A stretch of DNA of 64,000 bases from a virus. Both the position numbers and the translations under genes were made by a program. The stretch is from the IMG/VR virus record IMGVR_UViG_3300046665_000384, positions 1 to 64,000 of that record, one strand, 5' to 3'. This document shows positions 1-9,680 of this stretch, in pieces. Positions within the stretch are counted from its first letter, which is position 1; every line of letters starts with the position of its first letter. Below the pieces are notes generated by a model. That model was not told where the DNA came from and did no database searches. It saw only the letters and a program-made list of their open reading frames with translations.

Positions 1-583
1 CCGCCGCGTTGGCTTCGGCGATCTGCCCGACGAGGGCGACGACTTCGCCCGCGATTGCCAACTCGGCCAGCGGATCCGCATTCTCGCCCAGTGCGAGCAG
101 CGCCGCGCGGCGCTCGATCAGGCGGCCTTCCAGCTGCGCGACGAGCAATGGATTGGCTGAATCGAGCACAGCTTCCGCGCCGGGCAGCAGCGGGGCGAGG
201 GTGTCGTCCAGCACGGAGTCGAACACGCCTTCGCCCTCCGGCAGCTGCGCGACCACGCGCTCCGATTCGATATTGTCGACCACTGCGTACAGCGTGACGC
301 CTTCTTTCGGCTGCGGCGACATCGGGAACGCGAGAGAGTATTTCACCTTGGACGCGGTGAACGTGGCCGCCACGACGATGCCGGCGACGTAGATAGGTTC
401 GCCGTCCGGGCCGTACAGCACGAGCCACACATGCCCAGCCAGCGCCTGTGCGCTGGGCAGGCTGGCGCTGGCGGCCTCGTCGACTGTGGCCTGATCCACG
501 ATTTTGAAGCCGAGCCACGACTGCGGCCACCACGGCCGGGAACTGGCTTCCGGCGCTGGCTGGGTATCCGAAATTTCCGACAT
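1..583 (-). CDS. N-terminus of a probable capsid-internal protein, running off the window (possibly DarB-like)
   Basis: ATG at 583, 2 nt after the stop of 586..1251; open to the window edge (MSEISDTQPAPE...); contains FDS/LDS motifs like its neighbours. Not in the ORF track because it is truncated; identity is positional only. Confidence 0.55.
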   Translation of the reverse strand, partial: MSEISDTQPAPEASSRPWWPQSWLGFKIVDQATVDEAASASLPSAQALAGHVWLVLYGPDGEPIYVAGIVVAATFTASKVKYSLAFPMSPQPKEGVTLYAVVDNIESERVVAQLPEGEGVFDSVLDDTLAPLLPGAEAVLDSANPLLVAQLEGRLIERRAALLALGENADPLAELAIAGEVVALVGQIAEANAA

Positions 584-585
584 GC

Positions 586-1251
586 TTATCCTTTGTTGAG
601 CACTTCGTCGGCCCTTGCGAGTGCGTAGGTCGAATACGCCTTCACGGCCGACTTGAACAAAGCCAGCATATCCGCGTCATCCTTGTGCTCGCCGTGGATT
701 TTTCCCAGTTCGGCCGCCACGCTCGGCGCGGACAGGTCGGTGCTGCCCTCGATCACGGATTGCATGTAGGCGCGGGCGGTCTCGCGCGGGTCCGGCGTGG
801 CCGGCGCATCGTCGCCCAAGGCGGTGATAATTTCGCGCAGGCGGCCGAGGTCGCCGAAGAACGTCTCGGCGTTCTCGTCCAGCCGTTGCAGGATTTGCGC
901 GCCTTCCCCGATCAGCTGGAAAGTCTCGGCCGTGCCCACCGCGTCCAGTACCATCGTCGTGCCCATATCGTTGTTTTCTTCCTTCAGGTCGTCCACGGTC
1001 GGGAGGACGGTGATTTCGTATTTTTCGGACTGGCAAAAGCCGTACAGGTCCACCGGCTCCAGCGAATCGAACTGGATCAGCGCGCCGCCGCGTCCTGACA
1101 CGGAATTGAGGTCGAGGAACGCCTTGAAGTAGGCAATGGCGTCCGGACTGCCGGTGTATTCGACGCGGCTGTCCTCGTCCTCGCCCCAGTTGGCCGAGAA
1201 CGCCCCGAAGGGCGTCAGGGCGTTGTAGGTCGTCGTGTAAGTCGTCGTCAT
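586..1251 (-). CDS. Dar-operon protein, probably capsid-internal
   Basis: Coupled to the DdrB-like gene; shares a motif of about 38 aa with the DdrB-like N-terminus and a C-terminal helical domain with the DarA-like protein. Confidence 0.6.
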   Translation of the reverse strand: MTTTYTTTYNALTPFGAFSANWGEDEDSRVEYTGSPDAIAYFKAFLDLNSVSGRGGALIQFDSLEPVDLYGFCQSEKYEITVLPTVDDLKEENNDMGTTMVLDAVGTAETFQLIGEGAQILQRLDENAETFFGDLGRLREIITALGDDAPATPDPRETARAYMQSVIEGSTDLSAPSVAAELGKIHGEHKDDADMLALFKSAVKAYSTYALARADEVLNKG

Positions 1252-3197
1252 TGCAGGTTCTCCGTTCCAACGCGCGCGATGAGCCGTTTCTTGGCGTTGC
1301 CGACATGATTGTCATTGAAGTACCGCCATGCCGAGGTCAGGTCATTTCCTTCCAAGTTGGCCACTGCGATCAGGGCGCGAACTTTATCAAGGTCGCTGTG
1401 CAAGATCATCGAGTCCGGGATGACTTTGCGCCAGCCGCCAGTGCTGGCACGGTCCGCGTTTTCCGTCGACAGCGCATCGACGATCAGGAAGCCCTTCGCG
1501 TTGCGCTTGGTCGCCCAGTTGTGGAACACGCCGGAGAAGACCTTGTAGCGGCCGTGCCCACCAACGTATTGCGCGACGCCCTTGCGGCTCTTGGTCAGCA
1601 CGTACCTCGTCAACATCTCGTAGAACTCGCCATCCCGGTCGAGCGTGTTGGGCCAGTCGTCGTTCACGAGCGCGGCCTGCGACGAGAGGAATTCGATGGC
1701 GCGCTCGTACTGAGCCTCCACCTCTTGCCGCTCGTCCAGCATTTGTCCGATGACTCCCTTGTGCATGTTCAGCTTCGCGTGCATGGCCGGCGTGACGGGC
1801 ATGCTCAGGTAGCCGGTGATGAGGGCGAACATTTCCGGGTCTTGCGCCGCGAAGATGGCGGCGTCCTTGGGATTGGCGAGGTATTGCACGCCCATCGAGA
1901 ACACTTCGGTGACGCCATCCTTGTAGACCTTGCCGACATAGGCGTCGGTAAAGTGGTCCTTGTAGGCGATTTCGCTCTTGTCGTAGCCCTTGTTCTTCGT
2001 CAGATCGCGCAGGCGGTACACGCCTTCGCCCTCGCGGCGCTTGAGCAGGAAGCCGTTCGATGCGCCCTTGGCAATCGGATCGTTCTCCAGATGGTGCGCC
2101 AGCTCGTGAAAGAGCACCGTCTTGTTGAAGCGCGAGCCCAGATTGATGACCTTTTCGCCGAGACGGTCGGTGATGCCTACCGCGTTCGCACGCTTGCCGC
2201 CATCAATGCCGATCCGGATCGCAGACGCCTTGCCGCCAGTGAGGCGGTAGAACTCGGCCATATCTCGCACCACGTCCTCGGGCTTGTAGCCCAGCTTCTT
2301 GAGCTTGGCCTTGGCGTTGGCGTCGATAATCTGCTCGGCGGCCCATGCCTGTGCCTGCTCGGGCGTGATGGGCGACGCCGCGACCACCGCGTCGATGATC
2401 TTCTGGCCGTTCTCCTCGAACAGCGCGCGATACGTGCTGGCGCGGGTCTCGTTGAACTGGGCGCTTGTTGCCTTGACGCGCTCCCATGCTTCGGTCTGCG
2501 CGCCGTGGGTGTCGTTGTACAGGTCGTCCAGCTGGCGCGCCAGCACCTCGCGCGCGTCGCGCAGCGGGGCAATCTCGGCCTCGTCGCGGCCATCGCGTAC
2601 CGCGTCGCGGATTTCTTCCGTGGCGGCCGCCACTCGGTCGCTCAGCTCGCGAATGGCCTTCGTGCGCTCGGCGCTCAGCTGGTCGTAGTGCGCACGCGCA
2701 GCGGCGTATTCCGGGTCGTCGGCCATCTTCTGCGCCAGCAGCTCCTGCGAATCGGTCAGCGCCTTTTCGAGCGCGGCCTGCTCGATGCCATGCTTGACGC
2801 CGCGCGCGGCGATGTTGCCGAACACGGCCAGCTTCGCCTCGGCGTCGCGCGGATCGTACTTGCCGGCGGCGACGAATTCCCACGCCGCCTCGGAAACCGT
2901 GTTGTTGCCGATCAGGTGCGCCAGATCGCCCACGGTCTGCGCCTCGAACGCCGCCAGCTCGGGCGGCAGTATCCGGATGCCGTTGGCGACGTAATCGAAC
3001 AGCACCTTGGCCGAGCGCTCCTTGTCCGCCAGCGCGAAGTCCAGCGGCGCGCCCGCCGACGCGACCCCGATCATGGCGAGGATTTCGCGCAGTCGGTTGA
3101 GGTCGTCGAAGAACCCGGACGATCCCTCGTCCAGATTCTTCAGCAGGGCCGCGCCTTCGCCGATGATGGCAAAGAATTCATCCTGCCCCATCTTCAT
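1248..3197 (-). CDS. ddrB: DdrB-like protein with zincin (HExxH) metallopeptidase domain
   Basis: VLFHELAHHLE...YVGKVY...TEVFSMG resembles P1 DdrB as recalled; lies directly downstream of the darA-like gene. Confidence 0.65.
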   Translation of the reverse strand: MKMGQDEFFAIIGEGAALLKNLDEGSSGFFDDLNRLREILAMIGVASAGAPLDFALADKERSAKVLFDYVANGIRILPPELAAFEAQTVGDLAHLIGNNTVSEAAWEFVAAGKYDPRDAEAKLAVFGNIAARGVKHGIEQAALEKALTDSQELLAQKMADDPEYAAARAHYDQLSAERTKAIRELSDRVAAATEEIRDAVRDGRDEAEIAPLRDAREVLARQLDDLYNDTHGAQTEAWERVKATSAQFNETRASTYRALFEENGQKIIDAVVAASPITPEQAQAWAAEQIIDANAKAKLKKLGYKPEDVVRDMAEFYRLTGGKASAIRIGIDGGKRANAVGITDRLGEKVINLGSRFNKTVLFHELAHHLENDPIAKGASNGFLLKRREGEGVYRLRDLTKNKGYDKSEIAYKDHFTDAYVGKVYKDGVTEVFSMGVQYLANPKDAAIFAAQDPEMFALITGYLSMPVTPAMHAKLNMHKGVIGQMLDERQEVEAQYERAIEFLSSQAALVNDDWPNTLDRDGEFYEMLTRYVLTKSRKGVAQYVGGHGRYKVFSGVFHNWATKRNAKGFLIVDALSTENADRASTGGWRKVIPDSMILHSDLDKVRALIAVANLEGNDLTSAWRYFNDNHVGNAKKRLIARVGTENLQ

Positions 3198-5854
3198 CAG
3201 GCCACCTTCTTTTGAAATTCAGCGATGAAGAAATTCTTGGCCGCGACCTTGGCGCGCTGGATCATGTCGAGGTACGCGCCTTCCGGATCGGTGTACTTCT
3301 GCGCCAGCGCGGCGAGACGGTCCGTCACGGCCTTATCGTAGAAATCGACCTTGCCCTCCGCCGCCAGCGCGAGGAAGTCACCATCGGCCGCCTCTTGGTC
3401 TTCTGCCGCCTGTTTCGCCGCTGCCTCGGCCTGCGCTGCTTCCTCGGCTTCGCGCGCCGCCTGCGCCGCAGCTTCAGCCTGCCGGGCCTCCTCGGCTTCG
3501 CGCTCGGCCTGCGCGGCCGCCTCCGCCGCTTTTGCGGCCTCTTCCTGCGCGCGGGCCTCGGCATCCGGGTCCGCCTGCGGTTCCGGCTCCGGATCGGCGG
3601 CCGGGACGGTCGGCATGCCCTTGGCGGCCAGCTCCTTCAGCTCGCCATAGGTGCGGCCGTTGAGCTTGGTGATGAAGCCGCTGATGGCGCTACCGCGCTC
3701 GTCCTCGTCCATCTCCATGTACGCCGGCAGGTAACGCGGGCTGATCGTGTTGAGCGCCATCGCCATCTGCGTTGCCTCGTCGGCCACGAATACCACGCTG
3801 GCGTCCAGCTTCAGGTCTTCGCTCAGGTAGGCTTCGGCCATGTCGTCAGCCGGGTCGATGGCGGCGTAGTAGCGGCCCGACAGGAATTCGCCGTTGGACA
3901 TGGTTTCCGTGCCCAGCAGCGGGCGCGGGGCGTTCAGGATGACCCAGTTCGCACCCACGGCAACGCCTGGCATCGGGTTGGTCGAGGTGACGACGGCCTT
4001 GATGCCGTCCACGTTCAGCTGTGGGACTGCTGCGCGGGCATCTTCCAAGCGCTTGAGCGCGGCCTCGATGTCGTCCGGGTGATTCTGGTCAATGGCGTCC
4101 ACCAGATCAGCGCCCCACTTGCGGTCGGCGTTGCGCACGTCGAGGAAGCCGGCGACCTTGCGCTGATCCGCCTCGGAAAGCTGCTCGATGCGAGCGCGCA
4201 ATTCATCATGGCGGCGCTGGAGGTCGGCTTGCTCATCCTCGGTCAGCAGCGTGCGGGCCGGGGGCGGGTCGTTCTCCCGCTCCACGCGCGCCACCTCGAT
4301 CTGGCGGGTCAGGTCGGCGAGCGTCGCTTCCTTGGTTTCCAGCTCGGTTTTCAGGTCGGCGATCACCTGCAACTTGGCGGCGCGCGTCGTGTTGGCCTTG
4401 GCGAAGCGCTCGCTGTTCTTCTCGGCCAGCTTCATGATGCGCGCAGCAACGGTACGCACGTCCAGATCGCGTCCGCGCTCCGGGGCGACGGCGACCGTGA
4501 TGTCTTTCTTGTTCAGCATCCACTTCCACGACACCAGCTCGTCGCCCTGCGCGATCTTCTTCGGCGTCACGTCCGGATTGTGGAAGAAGATGGAGACGGT
4601 CTGGCCATCCGTCAGCTCATAGACCACGGCCACGTTCGTGCTGCCGCGCTGCGTGAAGGGCTCGGACACCTGCATCGCCGCGACCTTGACGGTACCGCTG
4701 GCGCGGTCCAGCACCTTTTGCAACAGCGTCATGCGCTGCTGGAGGCGTGCGAACGGCAGCACCAGCGCATCGAACGTCAGCACGCCGTCCGCGTCAGCGA
4801 TGATGTCCTGTACGGTCAGGGAGTCGAACAGCAGGCCGTCCGCGCTGTCGTGCTTGCGCAGGGCGTACAGCACCTGCTCCAGATTCGCATGCAGGGGCAT
4901 GTTCGTGCTGTCCCACAGTACCTTTTCCATTTCGTTTTTTCCTTCAGCCGGGAATTGATTTTGCTCGATGGGCAGCGCCTTGTTCCCGTTGGCGATCCAC
5001 CATTTAAGTTGCTTCAGGGTGCAGGGCACGCAGTCGCGCATGCCCTGCCAGCCCTCCTCATAGCCGCTCAAGTAGCCCGCCTCAGCTTCGCTCTGGTTCG
5101 CGAAGCCGAACATGATCTTGTGCTCATCGAATACGCCGTCGATGAACTGGTTCACGACATAGGCCAGCTCGGCATTGAGCGGTGCAGGCCCTATTGTGCA
5201 GTCCAGTTCATCGCCGTCATTGCCGAGTGTTCCTTCGATGTAGCCGTAGGCGAACGACATCACGTGACTGCCGCGAGTACCGTCCGCCGCCTTCCAGTGG
5301 CGCACGGTGCCGCGCGGTGACTCGATTGCGATGCGCAGGCCGTACAGGGCGTATCGATCCTTCGGGTAGTCGCCGGACTCTGCCTGCTCCTCCGTGATGG
5401 GCTTCAGGCCCGGAACGATCAACGGATCGTCCGCGCTCCAAACCGGCATGCCATATGAATCGATTGGATTTGAAACGGCCGGCGCAATCGGAATGGCCGG
5501 GGTATCAAGCGCGGCCGTGACGATGCTCGAGACTCCATCAGGCCCATAAGCCTGAAGGCGCACCGTGTAGCTCCTTTCGGGGAGCTTCCCAACGATGTCG
5601 TAGCTCAGGGCGTTGCCAACGTCGATCCAGTATGGCGTCCCCATGTCGCAGCTGATGGAGTAGCCGCTGACGTTGCCCGTGGCCGCCTGCCACGCCGCAT
5701 GCGCCCCGAAAGGGGTGATGGACGACAGGGATACGCCCCCGACAAACACGGGGGGATTGGGCACGACTGGGGCCGGCTGCTGACTCTGCGCAGGAGGATT
5801 GGTAGGGGCCAGATAGGTGAGGCCATTGATGGTGGCCGGGTGCAAGTAGATCAT
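3197..5854 (-). CDS. darA: DarA-like polyvalent protein: FN3 + inorganic-pyrophosphatase-like (InPase) + DarA N-terminal domain + coiled coil
   Basis: LTDGQTVSIFFHNPD...WMLNKKDITVAVAPE...IMKLAEKNSERF (DarA_N); IAIESPRG...YGYIEGTLGNDGDELD...FDEHKIMFGF (InPase). Confidence 0.8.
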   Translation of the reverse strand: MIYLHPATINGLTYLAPTNPPAQSQQPAPVVPNPPVFVGGVSLSSITPFGAHAAWQAATGNVSGYSISCDMGTPYWIDVGNALSYDIVGKLPERSYTVRLQAYGPDGVSSIVTAALDTPAIPIAPAVSNPIDSYGMPVWSADDPLIVPGLKPITEEQAESGDYPKDRYALYGLRIAIESPRGTVRHWKAADGTRGSHVMSFAYGYIEGTLGNDGDELDCTIGPAPLNAELAYVVNQFIDGVFDEHKIMFGFANQSEAEAGYLSGYEEGWQGMRDCVPCTLKQLKWWIANGNKALPIEQNQFPAEGKNEMEKVLWDSTNMPLHANLEQVLYALRKHDSADGLLFDSLTVQDIIADADGVLTFDALVLPFARLQQRMTLLQKVLDRASGTVKVAAMQVSEPFTQRGSTNVAVVYELTDGQTVSIFFHNPDVTPKKIAQGDELVSWKWMLNKKDITVAVAPERGRDLDVRTVAARIMKLAEKNSERFAKANTTRAAKLQVIADLKTELETKEATLADLTRQIEVARVERENDPPPARTLLTEDEQADLQRRHDELRARIEQLSEADQRKVAGFLDVRNADRKWGADLVDAIDQNHPDDIEAALKRLEDARAAVPQLNVDGIKAVVTSTNPMPGVAVGANWVILNAPRPLLGTETMSNGEFLSGRYYAAIDPADDMAEAYLSEDLKLDASVVFVADEATQMAMALNTISPRYLPAYMEMDEDERGSAISGFITKLNGRTYGELKELAAKGMPTVPAADPEPEPQADPDAEARAQEEAAKAAEAAAQAEREAEEARQAEAAAQAAREAEEAAQAEAAAKQAAEDQEAADGDFLALAAEGKVDFYDKAVTDRLAALAQKYTDPEGAYLDMIQRAKVAAKNFFIAEFQKKVA

Positions 5855-5857
5855 GGC

Positions 5858-8332
5858 TTACCCCACAGTAGCGGTCACGTCGAAGTTGCGGCCGTCCGCG
5901 AGCTGCACGGACACCCCGCAATTCGCGCCGACTGCCAACGTTGATTGCATCGTGAACGTCAGAACGCCACTGGCATTTGTCGTCTGCGCCGCCGATTTGT
6001 ACTGCGGGGCAGCACGCAGGTCTGGCGTAGGCTGATCGAATGCCGCCACCTTAATGCCGGCAAGGTTCGCCAGCGGCCCAGACGCATCACCCAATGTCAG
6101 CGTGACGGTGCGCGCAGTCGTGGTTCCAGTCGATGCCAGCGCAGAGCGAATAGCATTGGCGGCAAGCGGCGCAATGTGCGTAATGTTCTCGACCCCGTAC
6201 GGATGCAACGAATCACTTGCATTGGCAGTCGTGAACCAACCGGCAGTGTTTACGTAGGTGACACGGCTCGGCGCTGTGCAGGCCGCAATCGCGTTTTGCA
6301 GCTGAGTTGCGTGCACCGTACCGTTGCCGGATGCCACCCCGTCAAACGGACGCAGGACGACAATTTTTGTTGTCCCCGGCGTTGCGGCCAGCAGCCCGTT
6401 TAATACGGTTGTCGCGGCGGCCGTAATGTCGCCGGGCTCGTTCGTGCCTTCCATCAGCACGATGAAATCCGGGGCTGGGGTAAATGAACGGGCCACTCCA
6501 GAGTAAAGGTAGTTGTAGCTGGACGTGAGGCCCGGCACGCCACCCGATCCGGACTTGCTGAAGCCAGTTGCGCCGAAACCAACGTTCCCGATTTCTGCGC
6601 CGAGAATACGCGCGACTTCCAGAGACCAGCCTTGACCTGCATCGTTCCGGTCGGTGTCGTACGTGGCGGTCATGTTGACCGTACGGACGCCTTCCGTAAT
6701 GCTGTCACCGTAGAAGATGGCCTTCAGCGGCAACGATGGTGGCGCGCTGATCGTCTTGCCGGCATCGAGAACGATGCCAGTAAGCTTTACGGCGGTCGAC
6801 TGGGTGCTCCAACGCGCCTGCGTCTCGGTAGTGCTCTTTACCAGAACTTCCAGAAGGTGCCCGCCCTTGTTTGCGTAGTCGGCGGTGTCGGACGGAATCG
6901 TGATCGCGACTGAGGCTGCAATGGGGGTGCTGATCCACGGCCCGAAACGGTCCACCCGGTACGAAATTTGAGGCAACGGCGAAGCGATGCCGGTCATGTC
7001 GAAATTGAGCGTACAGGACGTGCCGCCAAAGACCGCCTTGAAATAGGCCCCGGCGTTGATCGTTTTGGCACTGGAGGCTTGAATGTCCCAGTTGTATGGC
7101 GAGAACAGGACGCTACCCGTGCCATTCGTCAGTACGTTGTTCGCGGCTGCAAGCGTACTGACAGTCGTGGAGATTGCTGCTGCTCGATTACCTGCGGCAT
7201 CGTATGCGCGCACCTGCGGCGTGTAGGCGGTATTCGCAGCCAACCCGCTGACAGCCGTGGTCAGGACATTGCCAACATCGGTCCAGCTCGTGCCGCCATT
7301 GGTACTGTATTCGTAACCAGCGACAGCAACGTTATCCGATGCGGCCGACCATGTGAGCGTGAAGCCGGAAGTGGTGGCAGCACTGGCTGCAAGCGAGCCA
7401 TTCATCGTAGGTGCCGCCCCATCCGAAGAGGTGGCGGTAGTCACGTCAAGAGACAGCGGAGCCGACTTGTTCAGGGCAGCGTCGTAGGCGCGCACCTGCG
7501 TGTGGTACAGCGTGTTCTGTGCAAGTCCGGTGATCGCCTTGGTCAGAACGTTGCCGGCATCGGTCCACGAGGTTCCGTTGTTGGTGCTGTACTCATACCC
7601 GGTGACCGCCACGTTGTCGGATGCAGCAGTCCACGACAGGGTAAATCCGGAAGCGGTGATGCTACTGGACGAAAGCGAGCCGACAGCCATCGTTGGCGCA
7701 ACGGTATCGCTTGAGGTAGCGCCATCGTCAACACTCACATCATCAATGCCGGTCGTCGCGGAACCTGCGCCAGAGCGGTACAGACCAACATAACCACTTG
7801 CGTACGTCGCATCGGTGAAGGTTGCCGTAGGCGTGGAAGGACGAGTACCACCTGTCGTGCTGTTCCAGATGCGCAGCTCGTGCGTGCTACCACTGGAAAT
7901 GCACTCGACTTCCATCACGTCGCCAGCGGCGAAGGTAGCGGTGCTCGCACCAGCCGTGTAAAGGCTTGTGAAACTCCCGCTTGCACGCCTGAAAAACTTT
8001 GGCGTGACTTTATTGGCATTGATAGAGAAATCCAGAATCCACAGGTAGCCGTTGAGATACCCGGAGTCCATGCGGATATGTGGCGAATAGTGCCCGGCAT
8101 TACTGGTGGGGCTTGGGACTTTCTGGCTGTACCTGAATTTTGTATACGATTGCGCTGCTATGCCCGTATAGAGAGCAGTATGACCATCAACGGTAGTCGA
8201 TGACCCGAAACTTTGCGTGCCAGAAATGGGATTATTGGCTCCAACAACCCACGTACCAGTTTTTGCTGTCCATCCAGATGCAATCTGGCCAGAGGTTTCG
8301 CTATCAAAATTACTTAAGTAGAGAATTGTCAT
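5858..8332 (-). CDS. Lectin-like + 2x FN3 + SGNH/GDSL hydrolase protein, probably virion-associated
   Basis: FYGDSITEG, GTN and DSLHP SGNH blocks; two FN3 repeats (LSWTAASDNVAVTGYEY...VRAYDAA); visibly lower GC than the flanks. Confidence 0.8.
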   Translation of the reverse strand: MTILYLSNFDSETSGQIASGWTAKTGTWVVGANNPISGTQSFGSSTTVDGHTALYTGIAAQSYTKFRYSQKVPSPTSNAGHYSPHIRMDSGYLNGYLWILDFSINANKVTPKFFRRASGSFTSLYTAGASTATFAAGDVMEVECISSGSTHELRIWNSTTGGTRPSTPTATFTDATYASGYVGLYRSGAGSATTGIDDVSVDDGATSSDTVAPTMAVGSLSSSSITASGFTLSWTAASDNVAVTGYEYSTNNGTSWTDAGNVLTKAITGLAQNTLYHTQVRAYDAALNKSAPLSLDVTTATSSDGAAPTMNGSLAASAATTSGFTLTWSAASDNVAVAGYEYSTNGGTSWTDVGNVLTTAVSGLAANTAYTPQVRAYDAAGNRAAAISTTVSTLAAANNVLTNGTGSVLFSPYNWDIQASSAKTINAGAYFKAVFGGTSCTLNFDMTGIASPLPQISYRVDRFGPWISTPIAASVAITIPSDTADYANKGGHLLEVLVKSTTETQARWSTQSTAVKLTGIVLDAGKTISAPPSLPLKAIFYGDSITEGVRTVNMTATYDTDRNDAGQGWSLEVARILGAEIGNVGFGATGFSKSGSGGVPGLTSSYNYLYSGVARSFTPAPDFIVLMEGTNEPGDITAAATTVLNGLLAATPGTTKIVVLRPFDGVASGNGTVHATQLQNAIAACTAPSRVTYVNTAGWFTTANASDSLHPYGVENITHIAPLAANAIRSALASTGTTTARTVTLTLGDASGPLANLAGIKVAAFDQPTPDLRAAPQYKSAAQTTNASGVLTFTMQSTLAVGANCGVSVQLADGRNFDVTATVG

Positions 8333-8610
8333 ATCATTTTCTGTATTATTTGGTGCCCATTACAACAGTGAAAAAACCATGAACCAATCAGCCGCTTACA
8401 AACTTGGATATGACGCATACCTCGGACCAATGAAAGGAAAGCGCAACCCGTATGCAGAAGGGACGCCAGAGCATGCCGAATGGTGGAGCGGATTTAATGC
8501 CGCCCAAGCCGACTATTCGATATGACGTAACACCTTCTTTAGTTCGCATGGGGCCGCGCGCCCTCGGCATGTGAATCATGGAATAGCTCGCCGCACTACC
8601 CCTGTGCGAC

Positions 8611-8652
8611 ATTCTGGCTCGCTGCTGAAGGTGCTCCCCGGCCGATTTTCCT
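8611..8652 (-). promoter_or_regulatory. Late-type promoter A (AGGAAAA-N29-CAGAAT)
   Basis: One of 7 copies with the same 29-nt spacing; faces the SGNH/dar operon. Confidence 0.75.
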
Positions 8653-8660
8653 GCCACGTG

Positions 8661-8689
8661 TTGACATTCATTTTGTGAGCGCATACAAT
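8661..8689 (+). promoter_or_regulatory. Sigma70 promoter TTGACA-N17-TACAAT containing operator TTTTGTGAGCGCATAC
   Basis: Near-consensus -35/-10; the operator recurs 7 times in the window. Confidence 0.85.
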
Positions 8690-8716
8690 CTGCTCATCGA
8701 CAAATGAGGAGGACAT

Positions 8717-9637
8717 ATGGCTGCGGAATATTTCGGAACTTGCCAAATTTGCGGGCGCGAACAGAAGGCCCACCCGCACGCCATCGCGAAGCACGGCTAC
8801 ACGATCCGCAACGGCTGGCAAGAGGGCGCGTGCTACGGCTCGGGCGGCAAGCCGTACGAGGTGTCGTGCGATCTGATCGAGGGTGCCATTGAGAAGGCCA
8901 AGGACTACATTGCCCGAACCGAGGAAGAAATCGCCAGCCTGAAGAAAAACCCGCTGGATGAAAATGGCAAGTGCACCATGCTCCGCCGTGAACAAACCCG
9001 CAATGGCCAGCTGGTCTACCCTGCGGACGTAACGGTCGTCATGGGTGAGGCCGGCACTCCGAAGGCCATCGCCAACGACGGCAAGACCGTCAAGACGTGG
9101 CCATACTACGGCGACGTGAAAACCGTCGACGCTGCCGTCAAGGAACTGGCCAAGGAATGGACGAAGGTACTGCGCGGCTACATCCGGCAGGCGCAGCAGA
9201 GCCTCGACTACATGGCCGAGCGCCTGAAGAACTGGAAGCCGGCCGAGCTGCGCCCGGTGACGCCTGCCGACCGCGCTGCGACTGGCCCGAAGGTGCACTT
9301 CGCCGCCATCAAGTTCGGCCGCAAGACCGGCGTATGCGTTGCCTCGGCTTCCGGTGCGCAGTCGTACAAGATCACCACCGATGACCGCTCGAAAGTCACC
9401 TGCGCGGCCTGCCTGAAGGAACTGGCCCGACTGGACGACGCACCGCGCCAGAAAGCCGAGGCGGCCGAGAAGGAGCGTCAGCGCCAGATCAAGAGCCTGA
9501 GCAGCACGATCCGGGACTTCCAGAAGATGATCAAGAAGGAAACCCGCCCGGAAGTCGTGCTGAGCTACACCGAGGAGATGAACCAATACGTGGCTGAACT
9601 CGAAGCCCTGCAAGCCCAAGCGCCCGCCGCCCAGTAA
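8717..9637 (+). CDS. Hypothetical protein with Cys/His zinc-binding motifs
   Basis: Strong RBS GAGGAGG; CQICG...H...C and CAAC motifs. Confidence 0.75.
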   Translation: MAAEYFGTCQICGREQKAHPHAIAKHGYTIRNGWQEGACYGSGGKPYEVSCDLIEGAIEKAKDYIARTEEEIASLKKNPLDENGKCTMLRREQTRNGQLVYPADVTVVMGEAGTPKAIANDGKTVKTWPYYGDVKTVDAAVKELAKEWTKVLRGYIRQAQQSLDYMAERLKNWKPAELRPVTPADRAATGPKVHFAAIKFGRKTGVCVASASGAQSYKITTDDRSKVTCAACLKELARLDDAPRQKAEAAEKERQRQIKSLSSTIRDFQKMIKKETRPEVVLSYTEEMNQYVAELEALQAQAPAAQ

Positions 9638-9680
9638 TCGAAACCGCCCGGCGCAGGCCGGGCAACTCTCGAGGATCGCC

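Noticed and set aside
8388-8579. 63-aa ORF directly after promoter A
   Set aside because: Weak RBS and atypical composition; it may be real but is not supportable from the sequence alone.
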